A stretch of 64,000 bases of DNA from Hormiphora californensis. Lineage: Eukaryota; Animalia; Ctenophora. Below the pieces are notes generated by a model. The model did not search any database. It was not told the origin of the DNA and saw only the letters and a program-made list of their open reading frames with translations. Position 1 is the first letter of the stretch. Each line of letters opens with the position of its first letter. Shown here piece by piece: positions 10,595 through 22,701 of this stretch. The DNA is taken from assembly GCA_020137815.1 (NCBI GenBank), contig CM035354.1, positions 930,001 through 994,000 on the forward strand, written 5' to 3'. The position numbers and the translations under genes were made by a program.

Positions 10595-13500
10595 AAAGAG
10601 AGAGATAAAGAGATAAAACGAGTTACGAAAATAGGTGCTCCCTTTTGTTTAGTGTGTGCCTTGTGCGGAAATAGAGGCCACAACAACAGTGCTCCATCCA
10701 TGTGTTTCTTGTTTGTGTTTCCCTTCTCCCTCCTGAGTGGATAGAATCATTTGAGATGGAGGGAATCATCGAGTTGTCTTGTCTTGTTCGACCCTCTCTA
10801 TAAATGTAAGGGAGGGTTAGAACAAGAGTTGTATCTGAGTGGAAGGAATCTTCAAGTTGTATCTTAGTGGAGAGAATCAGCGAGTTGCGAGTTGTACCTA
10901 TCCGAGTGGAGATTCAAGAATTAGGAGTTCTATTTAGAATTATGAAACTGGGCTCTCGTTTGAGAATTCTAAATTAAGAAATATCCCCTGACCCCTCCCC
11001 TCTTTGTAATATGTCATCTTAATCATTTTTAGAAGCGTCGTTATCTTTCTGTCGGGGATTTTATTATCAAACCATTCAGAATTGCCATTTATGGTGTGTT
11101 TCTTTGAGTTGACGGCTCAATCTTCTTCCCCAATCGTTTAATTTCTAAATATTGATTGATCTTGCCATGCCTTCTAATACTTCTCTCTCTCTCTCTCTCT
11201 CCATCCCCCTGCTCTAACTCCCTTTCTTTCTGATCCAGGTCACTACACCTGACGTACATCCCCCCCACTATCGAATGTCACGCCACCCACAACGCAACAT
11301 ACTAAACACTTCCCTGGGTGGCCCCCACTCTCTGTTTTACTCTGTTAGAATTGTTGAATCCCTTATAATAATCAGCCCCACCCTGTATTATATGCAATAT
11401 CAATAATCATCGTTGCCCCTCCCCCTTTCTTGTATCTGATTATGCCCCCTGTTATTGTATCTGATTCTGCCCCCTTATATTGTATTTGATTCTGTATAAC
11501 TTTGTCAACCCCATGTTTAGACGCCAGCTGATAAAAGTGGTAGAATAAAAAGTGGCGACGAGGTTTTAGGAAATAAACGATCAGAACATAGTAAGTACAG
11601 ATCTACCTCCCAGAAATATGCCATGTATACGTTTCTACTCGACTTAATCTTATTTGAGTGTGCACCCCTGTTATTCTCTCTTACTAAATCTTTCAATATT
11701 GCACCATTCCCCCGGCTTCTGTCCAATTCCCCCTCGCTGTCCAATCCTGCTCGACTTACTTCTGTTGAATGCCCTCAAGGCGCTATATTGGAATGTGTTA
11801 GGGTGTGTTGCATACATATATTGAATTACCCCCCGTCCCTTTCTAAGCATTCTCTCCCCACACACTTCTAACCTAACGGTCTCTCTCTCCAATAGATCCC
11901 TCTCTTTCTTTCTCTCTCCAATTGATCCATAACTGTCTCTCTCCCTTCCTCTCTTTGAATCCCTTCTCTCAATCCCCACAATCACTCTCTTTCCTTGAAT
12001 CCCTTCACTCACTCACTCCACTCACTCTCCCTCCCGTTGAATCCCTTCTCTCACTCCCCCCCACTCTCATTGAATCTCTCTCACTCCCCCCCCCCCCCTC
12101 CCACTCTCTAGGTCGGTTGGAAGATCCGTAACGTCGTTGAACTGATAAGAACCCAACCGTCTGGTCTCGTTATGGTTGTCCGCCACTACCCAGACCGCCA
12201 AGAAGCAGCCGCCCAACAAGCCCAACAACAAGATGAAGGGGTCGACACCCCCCGGAAACCTCCCCGACCCCTGGATTCTGTTTTGAGGGAGCGTTGCCGT
12301 AGCAACAAGGAGCTGGATCAACATTTCAAGACTGTCCACAATCCTAAGAGGTTGTCACAGATATATGGGGACTTTAACAGGTACCTTGTTGTTCAAGGAA
12401 GCTTTTATTTTGTTGTTGTACAATGTACAGTTCATCTTAATTGTCAGGACTGTGAGTCATCATCTTCCGTTCTTATTTCCTGTTGATACAGTTTGATTGT
12501 GCAGCTGTATCACAGTTAGGGCTAGATAGTATCTAAAGTACCCAGCAAACACAGTTGGCGTAGATTGCTGGCCAGCGCCAAATTTCAGACGGTCATAGCT
12601 CCACTCCCTGGTGAGATAGAGACTTGAAATTTGTTGTGTAAGAAGAACTCGACATGATCTCCTTACAAAACAAATTTCGAGTCTCTATCTTATCAGGGGG
12701 TGGATCTATGGCCGTCTGAAATTTGGCGCTGACAAGCAACTTACGCCAACTGTGTTTGCTGGGTAGTAGATACTATGATAATAATATGTCTCTTACCACT
12801 CTGTTGTTGTTTGATACATGTGCTGGATCTGATAATTTCAATACCACCTTGTAGTCAGTCTGTTTGTGTGTAACAGGGTCGCCTTGTTTTCTAATAGGAG
12901 AGATAGAGGGTCGTCTTGTTTGCTGTGTGTGTAAAAGAAGATCTGATTAGTCAATCCACCACTACATTGTCGCTACATAATTAGGTTACCCCCCCCCCCC
13001 TTTGTAATAACCCCCTCTCTGTTTCATCCCTGTTTCATATCTCTCTTTATCATCATGGGACTCCTCATGATGTGACAATATAAATTATCTTCCAGTTTGG
13101 ATGAGTTAAACTGTTTGACGTTACCTGAAAGAGGAGGGAAGAGGTCAAACAACAACCATAGGAGAAACAATTCCAATCCACTGGACCAATTCAACTCTGT
13201 TAACATGTGAGCTAATTAATTAGTTAATTAATTAATGAGTTAATTGATTAGTTGATAGTGCGATTATGCTACTAAACCTCCCATTATTCCAGGGATTGGT
13301 TAGATTCCTTAAAACCACGGACACCAGGATCAGGGGGACAATCCTCAAAACCCCAGATCCTCAACTACGGACACTCCCCAATAAAATATGGAACCTCCCC
13401 CCACATCCGGTCCTCAGCACTATCTCTGGAGTGCAATAAAACGTAGGTGCACAGAGCTATCTCTGGAGTGCAATAAAACGTAGGTGCACAGAGCTATTTA

Positions 13501-14761
13501 ACTAAAGATTGTGGTTTTGTAGTTCATGTGGTTAGATGGTCTTCATTGACGTTGGTAGAAAACCACCCTGCAAACTCTAGTTGATTCTTTTGGAAAGGGG
13601 GAAGCTCTGTAAACCATCTTGCAAACTCTAGTTGATTCTTTTGGAAAGGGGGAAGCTCTGTAAACGGAACCCCACCAACCCTGAATTGGAATTTATTCTT
13701 TTTGAAACCTATGCAACCTGGGATTAACTTCATTTCCTAACCAGGGGGAAGGAATCCGCCACTCAATTCTTCTTTCAATCAGCTCAAATATCTATTAAAC
13801 CGCAATAGGAAAATGAAATATCTTTGATCCTACAAATTACAATATCGTCATCTTTATAAGATAGGAGAAAGAACGAGGCTCGTTCTCTCATATTATTCAT
13901 TCATATGGTTATTATATGAGTCAATTAATTAACATGATCTCATGCGGTTATCTGTCAGGCATTCTACAAACAATTTATGTTGACAGGTGCCAGTGGGTCT
14001 ACTAATGTTTGCCTTGTTGGACCCTCCCCCTCTCCGCGTTATTAGGGTACTGCAAACATAGTGGGGGAAATTAATGTAGAGTGGGTCCTCTTGCAATTAG
14101 TAGTAGGGCACGACCCTCAGGGGCCCCAGGAGAGAGAGAGGGGGGGAATTGTTAGGGCCAGGAGAGAGAGGGATTGTGGGTCAACAACCTGCAACTCTAT
14201 TCCTCACAGGAGAGCATTGTAGTTTCCTTGTGTGTTAGTCTCCACTGTGTTTCTCCACTGTGTTTCTCCACTGTGTGTGTTTAGAGGTGTCGAGTGTGAG
14301 AAATTTTTAACTGCCACAGTTTACACTACCTTCATTGCTACACTGCTGAGTAGTCGAGCCCGTTGCTACTTGTAAGCTGTGATTATACTCCTGACATTTT
14401 AGTTAGTGAACTGGTACAATTCAATGCACTAGATTGTATGAGCCCCTTCCGTATTAGCCCTAGAGAGAGAGAGAGAGAGGTGAAGGACTGATCTCGCCCC
14501 CGGTCCCACCGATAAACGGACACAGAGATAGAGGGATAGAGAGATAGAGGGATAGAGAGATAGATAGGGATAGAGAGATAGAGGGATAGAGATAGATAGG
14601 GAGAAATAGATAGATAGATAGAGATAGAGAGAGAGAGAGAGGGGGGTGGAATGCCCCCGCACGGCCCCACATCACTTCCTGCTACACGTCCTGAACTCTG
14701 TATAGTTTTGTTGGGGGTAATGTTTCTTAGTGGTCCCTTTTAGCTACATAGCTCTCTCCTT

Positions 14762-14857
<96 letters not shown>

Positions 14858-15160
14858 TTTCTATCCATTTCTAATTTTCTGTTTTGATGATGTTTGAAGC
14901 CAGGTGAATCACTATTCGAACACGCCTGTTGTTGTATGGTAATTGGGTGTAGTTCCGGCTTTCAATTCTAATGGCGCTCACGCGGGAGAGAGAGATGGAG
15001 ATGGGGAAGAAAGAGAGAGAATAGTTATATCTGAGAAACTCTGATCTCTTCCGTGCCAGCAGCTCTCTCTCTCTCTCTCTCTCCCTCTCTCTGAGGGCAC
15101 CTGCTGTTCTGTTGTGTATCTGGGAATGGAGTTTCTTTTGTGAGCCAAAGAAAGAAAATA

Positions 15161-15241
<81 letters not shown>

Positions 15242-18031
15242 GAGAGAGAGAGGCGATATTTTATTTAGCACAAGCTTGCTTCTCAATTGCTCACTTGTTA
15301 CTATTTTGCAATTATTAGTTGCAACAGTGAACAGCTTGTTGTTGAAATTGACTGAAACATGTATATTTCTCTTTACCAGTCTTTTTATTGATGCAATTAT
15401 AATCGAATTGTTTCCGGTTCATATTCCGAGATCCGGTAGAAATTTAGGAGTTGATGAGTAGATTTAAATAGAAGCAGATCTTAGAAACGGTTCTCATGTG
15501 GTCTTGTAATGTATTTAGTGACGTGAGAAAATTTCAACAGTGATGAAAGGGTGACATTTTAATTAAATTTTAATTAATACACAGTACACCCATACACTGA
15601 TTCCACTATATCGTGCCCCTAAGCAATAGGGTCAGGCAATTGCCTGACAGGGTTCACAAAATGAGGTGGGGGTGACAGATATAGGAACGATGAAGTCATG
15701 AAAAAACCCCACCAAATAGCGCACTTACAGTGGGGTGGGGATACCAAGTTTGTTTCTTCATATCTATCAAGTAGTTTACAAATGCTTTAATCCTGACATT
15801 ATTTCTCTCTCTATAGTCTTTTATCCCTTAACACTGACAATATGTCTCTCTCTATAGTGGTGGCGTAATGAGTGGATCAGTATCAAGGGAAAACATGGAT
15901 GTCAATCTGGCTGATATTTGTGATAAGAAGTTGGGTGATAAGACTCTGATACAGAGTGATGGTAGCATCTACACCGCCCCATCTATCTCAACCATCTCTA
16001 ATTCTCCGAGGTTTGTAGCCGGGGCTCCCTTCTCGGAATTCGGAGTCCTAGTTTTCTGGCCAATGCTTTGACAGCGCGTGGTTCTCGCGTGCTCCGAATA
16101 GGGTTAGGCCAATTCTCTGATAAATGATAGAGTTGTATCTTATATTCGGACTGGAATGATACATTTCGTATCTAAACTCTCCCAATCCTCCCACTTGTTG
16201 AGTAACAACAACAATCCCCCACAGTATGATGACAGATGACTCTATCAGTTCAACTAGAACACTCCCTCGGCATCACAGACACGGTGTAAATAGCGAACTG
16301 GGAGAGATAAAGAACTTACCAGTCGACAAAGAGTCAACATTTACTGCTTGTGTTATAGGTAGGTTACGTGTAGGATATTATTCGAGTAACTTCCCCGGTG
16401 CTCTAATACCACTACTATATTATTTGGGATGTTTTTAATTCACAATCACCCTCACTAAAATCCAACTAACAGTGCTGCTTGCAGTCAAAATACGGTATCG
16501 CGAAATACAGTAATGAGATACACACGTTGCATAACGTGCGGCAAAAAGTGCATGTGTCATCACGTACTAGCGTACTGATTGGCCACGGTTGCGCGTCGTC
16601 TTACTGTATCTTCGTTTTCCATTACCGTTTTCCCACTACAAGCGACCGTGTAACACCCCACCCAACAAGGCATCTCCCTCACTGGCATCTCCCAACAGGT
16701 GGTGTGGTACATAAGATACCTGTCCAAGCCACCACAGACGTTTACATGAATGGGTATGCGACCATTAAAAACCGGAAGCGACAAAACAAGCGGTCATCAT
16801 GGTCTGTCAGCAGTAAGTGTTGAACCAGCAAAATAACTAAATCTTCAAAAAGAGAAGTTTCGTTTACATTTGTTCAAGCTCCAGGTAACACTGTTGAGGC
16901 TTGAATTCTTCTGATTTGCCCAGATAGGTATATCTAAATCATCCAATATTGCATTGTTCTAACTCGTGTGTTCAGATTTCCTTCCCCAATTACTAGATGA
17001 CAAAGCAGCGACCCTACCCAAAAACATTCGGTTCTCCCTGGCTGACCTGGAGGATGGAACTCTAAAGAAGAAGAAGAACAAGAAACCATCGAGATCAACC
17101 TCCTCCATTCTCGGTATGTGTGATGTACACTTTGTACTTACTTCTTCTGTTACTTCTGTAACATGTGTGATGTAATTGCTTGACATCATATTTTAGTTAT
17201 AAAATTAATTTCCCAAAATCAAAACAAAAAATCAAAGCAAAACTTTATACAAATGATTTAATACGCGATAAAAATGCACCCCATTCCCCAATGTACCGAT
17301 ATAACCAACTCTTCTTATCTACTACAGGTGACACGAATGTGAGCTGCAAATCATTACAACCCAATTCATGTGAGGGATGGTTACTAAAACTCGGTGGCAG
17401 TGGGTTAACCCCTAAAAATTGGCGGAAAAGGTGGTTCGTTCTAAAGGGATTCTGCTTGTACTACTTCAAGAGCGACCAAGACGAACAGGCTCTGGGAGTG
17501 ATAACGATGCCCAGTTTTAATATCGCTGCTGCTCACGAAGTCCGGTAAGCGAGTTGTTGGGTAAGGTGGGGGGCCGGGTGAGAACAACAAGAAATGTAGA
17601 TCTGACAGAATTCATTCGAGTAGGCCTCAGCCGCAGTATAAAAAAGGGCCCTTGACATCGTGCGAAGCACCTGTATGTTGTCTAGCAGTTGACATATACT
17701 CACAGTCCTAGGGTTCTCAGCTCTAACCAGTAACCACACTACTTCTTTAACCCACTCCCTTCTTTTACTCCCTTCTTTAACCCACTCTCCCTCATACAGG
17801 AAAAAGTACGCATTCAAAGCGTATCATAAAAACACCCGGACATATTATTTCCTGGCCGAGACGGAGGAAGAGCGGCAGAGATGGATGGAGAAGATGAAAC
17901 TAGCTACGATCATGTATGATGAGGCTGATAGTGGTTATGGGCACAGTCCCGTGGGGAATGAGACGGTCGAACAGTCCCTCCTATCTCCGTGTGATTCAAT
18001 GCAAAGTATTGGGTCCACTACTGTCGTGTAA
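9950..18031 (+). CDS. CNKSR: Connector enhancer of KSR-like scaffold (PDZ + PH), multi-exon, 5'-incomplete
   Basis: GT-AG exons: 9950-10009, 11521-11590 (one extra G near 11569), 12112-12380, 13096-13206, 13293-13442, 15858-16010, 16225-16358, 16699-16812, 16976-17113, 17328-17544, 17800-18031; phases are compatible apart from that extra base. PDZ: GFSFRETSNGIYIIKRILVN|TPADKSGRIKSGDEVLEINDQNI|VGWKIRNVVELIRTQPSGLVMVVRHYP (cf. CNK2 [32 protein letters not shown]). PH: VSCKSLQPNSCEGWLLK..WRKRWFVLK..RKKYAFKAYHKNTRTYYFLAE. AATAAA at ~18528. Confidence 0.85.
12541..12763. mobile_element. Palindromic MITE with CCCAGCAAACAC termini and TA flanks (CACTA/EnSpm-like), in a CNK intron
   Basis: ta|CCCAGCAAACACAGTTGGCGTA...TACGCCAACTGTGTTTGCTGGG|ta, with imperfect pairing along the whole length. 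Confidence 0.8.
13420..13497. repeat. 37-bp tandem duplication spanning a CNK splice donor
   Basis: CTATCTCTGGAGTGCAATAAAAC|GTAGGTGCACAGAG occurs twice. Confidence 0.9.
13570..13664. repeat. ~50-bp tandem duplication (intronic)
   Basis: TGCAAACTCTAGTTGATTCTTTTGGAAAGGGGGAAGCTCTGTAAAC occurs twice. Confidence 0.85.
17328..17544 (+). CDS. CNKSR: CNK PH-domain exon 1
   Basis: ctacAG|GT GAC ACG...GTC CG|gtaagc; encodes CEGWLLKLGGSGLTPKNWRKRWFVLKGFCLYYFKSDQDEQALGVITMPSF. Confidence 0.9.
17800..18031 (+). CDS. CNKSR: CNK PH-domain exon 2 / terminal exon ending ...GSTTVV*
   Basis: atacAG|G AAA AAG TAC GCA TTC; encodes KKYAFKAYHKNTRTYYFLAETEEERQRWMEKMKLA; stop TAA at 18029-18031. Confidence 0.88.
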
Positions 18032-18729
18032 AGAGACTATCTGTGTTTTGTATTGGTGTGTTGTGTCGAATATATCAGCTAAGCTATGTCTGGCGGTGTC
18101 TGTCAGGCCAATGACAGGGCGGTGTCCTGTTGTGATCCTCAAAATCTTAAAGACTCTCATATTTTGGATCACAGAGAAGCTGCGACAGTGCGCCCACCAG
18201 GTCGGGTCAGCGCCGCCAGATAGGCCATGCTGGGGTTATATGAGACTCTCCTTGAGAGATGTTGTGAGAGACTTGGGATATATTTATCTGTGTGAAAAGA
18301 GTGTGTTATTGATGGCAGTGTGAGTAACTGAGTGTGTGCTATACATTTCCAACCCCCCTATCTGATACTGCACGAAACAGAACTACTATTTGTATATCGC
18401 TTTATTGTGGCTTTGTTGCCCCTCTTTGTTGCAGTGTGTGTCTGTGTGTAGAAGAGTTATCCTGAGAAGATTATTCTGTTGTGTTACAAAGAGAATTGTT
18501 CATTTATTGCAGTTTTCAAATTTTTACAATAAATCCAGATCTTTTGAACCTTTTTCAATTATTGAAAGTGAACGGGAACCAGTGTTCATGTGACGTCATG
18601 TTCTGTACACATTGCCAAGGTTAAATCTTGGCGCGGATGCGCGTCGAGCAAAGTTATTTTGACAACCCTGCGCGGCGCGACCAGCTTTTACTCGTTTTAA
18701 AAAAACGCGCGCACTTCCAAAATGAAGCA

Positions 18730-18935
18730 CAGTCATGTTTTGCCTGCGAAGCCCCTATGTGAGGGGATCGCCCTACGGGCGCGCGAACATGGGGGGCGCG
18801 ACGTGCCCAAAGTCATGTTTTATACGCGCCCGACATGATACTGAACATCAATGACTTGCCCGCGAAGCGGGCAAGCCCCGTAGGGGGATCGCCCTACGGG
18901 CGCGCGAACATGGGGGGCGCGACGTGCCCAAATCA
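18730..18935. repeat. GC-rich ~121-bp-period direct repeat with hairpins (element remnant)
   Basis: GGGGATCGCCCTACGGGCGCGCGAACATGGGGGGCGCGACGTGCCCAAA occurs twice. Stems include CCCGCGAAGCGGG and CCCGTAGGG..CCCTACGGG. Confidence 0.7.
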
Positions 18936-18996
18936 ATGACGGTACCATTCTGATTCAAGGACAGTTCCACCCTGTCCGGCGTCGCCAGAACCCGAT

Positions 18997-19078
18997 CTGA
19001 TTCTAGATTATTGAGTCAAGGCGCTGAGAATGGGATATATCCCATTCTCAGCGCCTTGGCTCAATAATCTAGAGTCAG
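18997..19078. repeat. 82-bp near-perfect palindrome
   Basis: CTGATTCTAGATTATTGAGTCAAGGCGCTGAGAATGGGATA|TATCCCATTCTCAGCGCCTTGGCTCAATAATCTAGAGTCAG. Confidence 0.9.
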
Positions 19079-20077
19079 CATAGCCAGAGTCTGGCTCTGC
19101 ACTGTCTTATAATTATATGCCGTCTGGCCCAGACAAGACAGAGACAGGGTTCACCAAATAGACATTGACAACAAATTGTTTTGGGAGTCTTGTAATGAAA
19201 GAATAATCAAAAAACAAGAGCACACCACATTTAGCCACCCCTTAAAGTTAATATTAATAACATATAAGGGGCGTTAAACTTAAAGTTAAAGATCGAACAA
19301 TTAAGCTAATAATACAAGTAAAACTAAAACTTTAAACAAATACCACTTTCTCTCACTCTCAGCACCTGACTACTATCTCCGGACTACTGCTTCACCTTTA
19401 ATACCACGTTAGATTTAAACGAACAGATTTAGAGTAACAGACGACTTTGTTTCCAAACAAAATAATTGTGAATCAAAATGTAATACTAGTACTATTTCTA
19501 ACTTTAGTAAACTTAAAGTATTAAAGTTTTGGTTATGATACGGACTAAAAAGATAAACAAATCGCATCTTGGCGTATCTATAACGTGAAGGCCTATACGG
19601 ATACCTTATCCAATTATCCAGGTTATTCAGCCAAAGTCGAGATATAATAATTAATCATACACTCCTGGAGAGAGATTTTAAAACAACTTACAATTTAACA
19701 AACTGTTAGATGTTAATTTTCTAACAATAAAGCACTCACAGAGGCAACATAAAACAACAAAATGTAGGGTCTGTATTTGTTGAGTAAGGGGGAAGAGTCT
19801 TCCCCCTTACTCAACAAGTCTGTATCATGGATGTGTGGGATTTTAGTAAATATTGTCCTTTTTTTACTTCAAAATCCAAACCGTGATGTGTACCACCACT
19901 AATTCACAGTTGTTAATCAATCCTCACAACCGATCCCCTCTAAACTGTCTTTATCAGAGAATTAACAGCGCCCACATATTACCAGCATTAAGTACAACGC
20001 GTCCCAGTAGAATGCGAAACCATGGAAACGAGAATTCAGGTACAACTACAATTGGAATTCCAGTTGAGAAAGGGTCG

Positions 20078-22701
20078 CTAAACAAAGGTCTCACTACACA
20101 ACCGGTATTTATCTGTACACTCCTGTAGCTGCCGTTTTATCTCGTTTAGACCCGATGCTAGTTGCTCGTGCGTATCCAGAGCGTACTTTAACCGCTCACG
20201 GCAACTGAAAGGGGGGGGGGTGTTATCATATTATTCAGAATAGGGTCCTGGAAAATAAATGGGCCAAAGGGAGATAAGAGGAGACATTTCTGAACATGAA
20301 TCTGAGCTTGGTAAATTATAATAGTGGGGCTAGGTCCAGGGTGGGAGGGGGTGTCATTACCTAATGTTGTGTTGTTTCTCTAGTTCCTTCAGAGCCTCAA
20401 TGTTCCTCATCCTGTTTTCCAATCGCTGCACGTACAAGGTTCCAAAGGCAGCAATGTCTTCTGGTTTCAAACCTACAAAGAGAGGGTTTAGAGTTAGAGA
20501 GTAGGCAGTTTCCCGTAGAGTTAGTACGCGAATTCCGGGTTAGCGAGTCAGGTTCTGTTGTCGGGTAATTGGTTCGGTCATAGTATGACCCTACTAATTC
20601 TCTACAGTATGACTCATACTGTAGAGAATAGCGTACAAATCGTGGGGTTTTCAGCAAAGTCTAACACCCCGGTAGCTCGGTTAACGCATGAACAGTTCAA
20701 CTCACCAGATGTAGCTAAAAGTTTCAGATCAGGGGGTGGGGATGATTTATCGACGGAGGAGGAAGATCTGTTTCTCCTTAGAAAACTAGGCAGCTCCTCA
20801 GGTACTACCGGGGCTTCATCCTCCTGGGCAGATGCCAGCCTTTTTGAAATCTTCCTCTGTAGCCGAGAGTTGGAGATGGACATACTGCGTTTTAGAACCG
20901 ACTGGGGATAGAGAGACTTGTTAAATTCTCTGAGACTATTTGTTAAAGCCATTATCAACATGTGCAATTTCCCCGTCATTTCAAGACTTCAGAAAAACCT
21001 TCAAATTTTATGAAAACAGAAAACTTTTTCCCATCAAATATTAAAGAGGAAGGCCAAAGGGCAAATTTATGCAAAATTTCAGAAAATAAAATCATAACAT
21101 TGTGTGTGAACTCGAGATATGATGATAATTACCATCGCAAGATGGTTACTATAAATCATATCCCTGAACCTGCAATGTAACAGGGATGGAGCTGCAATGT
21201 AGCAGGGATGGGCCCTTCTACAGAGAAGGGGAACGAAATAGAGTACAAAATGGTCTGATGAGGAAGGGAGATTAGGATTTTTAGTGGTCTGGGTATGGCA
21301 CAGAATTTACATTACAGAGAGAGGATGATGGCCAGACGTCGCGGCATCTTGTGTGAGAGAGAGGGGGCAGGACAGAGAGAGGATTAGGGACAGAGGAGGC
21401 CCCTCAAGAGTGACTTGTAGATAGGGCACAGTGTGTCATACACGGACATGTGGAGTAAGGCCCCTACTGACTTTTGGTAGAAATTAGACATGTCATAACA
21501 TTTGGCCAAATTCCAAATTTGGATTTTGGTCCCCTACCACACAAAGTTCACCCCCTACTACATATACAGTGTATATTATACACTGTTACACTGCTTACTA
21601 CAAAGTCTAGCTCACCTCACTAAGCTGGATACTCTCGTCCACAATATCGTTCCTATCCTTTACATATACAGTGGGAGTAACCTCTCCTATTGTCACGTGC
21701 TCTACCTCTAGAGATATCCTCCTACTAAAAAGGGAGAGGAGGGGGTTAAATATTTGGAGGGATGGGTTGGGGTTAGACAGTTGGGGGGATGGGGTGGGAG
21801 TGGAGGTTTAGCGGGCCGCGCGTGGGGTTACAGGGTTTAGGGGAGATGGAAATGTTGGAAAATATTGAGAATGGGAATATCCCGGGTGGAAAATTAGGAA
21901 TACTGCCCAGTGCCCATCCAATTCTGAATTCTCAACTCACGGATCTTCGCTGATAGTCATTCTCTGCTGTCTCCTCTCCTCTTTAGTCTGCTGGTTATTG
22001 TTGTCCCTGACCCTCCTGAAATCCTTGCTACTCTCGCTGTAACTCCTCTTGAACTCAACCCGAGGGTGACAGGTCACGTGGGCTACCGGTGAGGTCTCTT
22101 CAATGAAAACATTCTCTTTGTCCAGACTGCACGTGTCGTCACACAGAGAGGGCACTATCACAGTCCCCTGGTAAGTTCCCCCATTGAGGTCCTCTTTACC
22201 TGGGGGGAAGTGGGGTTAGAGTCTCGTAACCATGGGAACAACAAGGAAGTGGGGTTAGAGTCTCGTAACCATGGGAACAACAAGGAAGTGGGGTTAGAGT
22301 CTCGTAACCATGGGAACAACAGGGGGAGTGGGGGTTAGAGTCTCGTAACCATGGGAACAACAAGGAAGTGGGGTTAGAGTCTCGTAACCATGGGAACAAC
22401 AGGGGGAGTGGGGGTTAGAGTCTCGTAACCATGGGAACAACAAGGAAGTGGGGTTAGAGTCTCGTAACCATGGGAACAACAGGGGGAGTGGGGGTTAGAG
22501 TCTCGTAACCATGGGAACAACAAGGAAGTGGGGTTAGAGTCTCGTAACCATGGGAACAACAAGGAAGTGGGGTTAGAGTCTCAACTAGTCCGGATCATGA
22601 TCATGGCAGGCCAGTGGGGGTTAGGGAATGGGCAGGGAATGATGGCTAAATTTGGGGGACATGGAAGTAAGGAGGACACGGATTGTGAAACCACGGGAGT
22701 A
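20078..22701 (-). CDS. Uncharacterised multi-exon gene: Ser-rich middle, C-terminal coiled coil, class-I PDZ-ligand-like end (ETFV*); 5' end uncertain
   Basis: Phase-compatible exons: 22586-22701, 21941-22199, 21616-21718, 21150-21169 (20-nt microexon, inferred), 20706-20935, 20361-20472, 20078-20204. The end reads GLKPEDIAAFGTLYVQRLENRMRNIEALKELEKQHNISCRERLKYALDTHEQLASGLNEIKRQLQECTDKYRLCSETFV*. Confidence 0.72.
22207..22583. repeat. 39/41-bp minisatellite (~9.5 units) filling an intron
   Basis: Unit AAGTGGGGTTAGAGTCTCGTAACCATGGGAACAACAAGG, partly alternating with a 41-bp variant. Confidence 0.95.
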
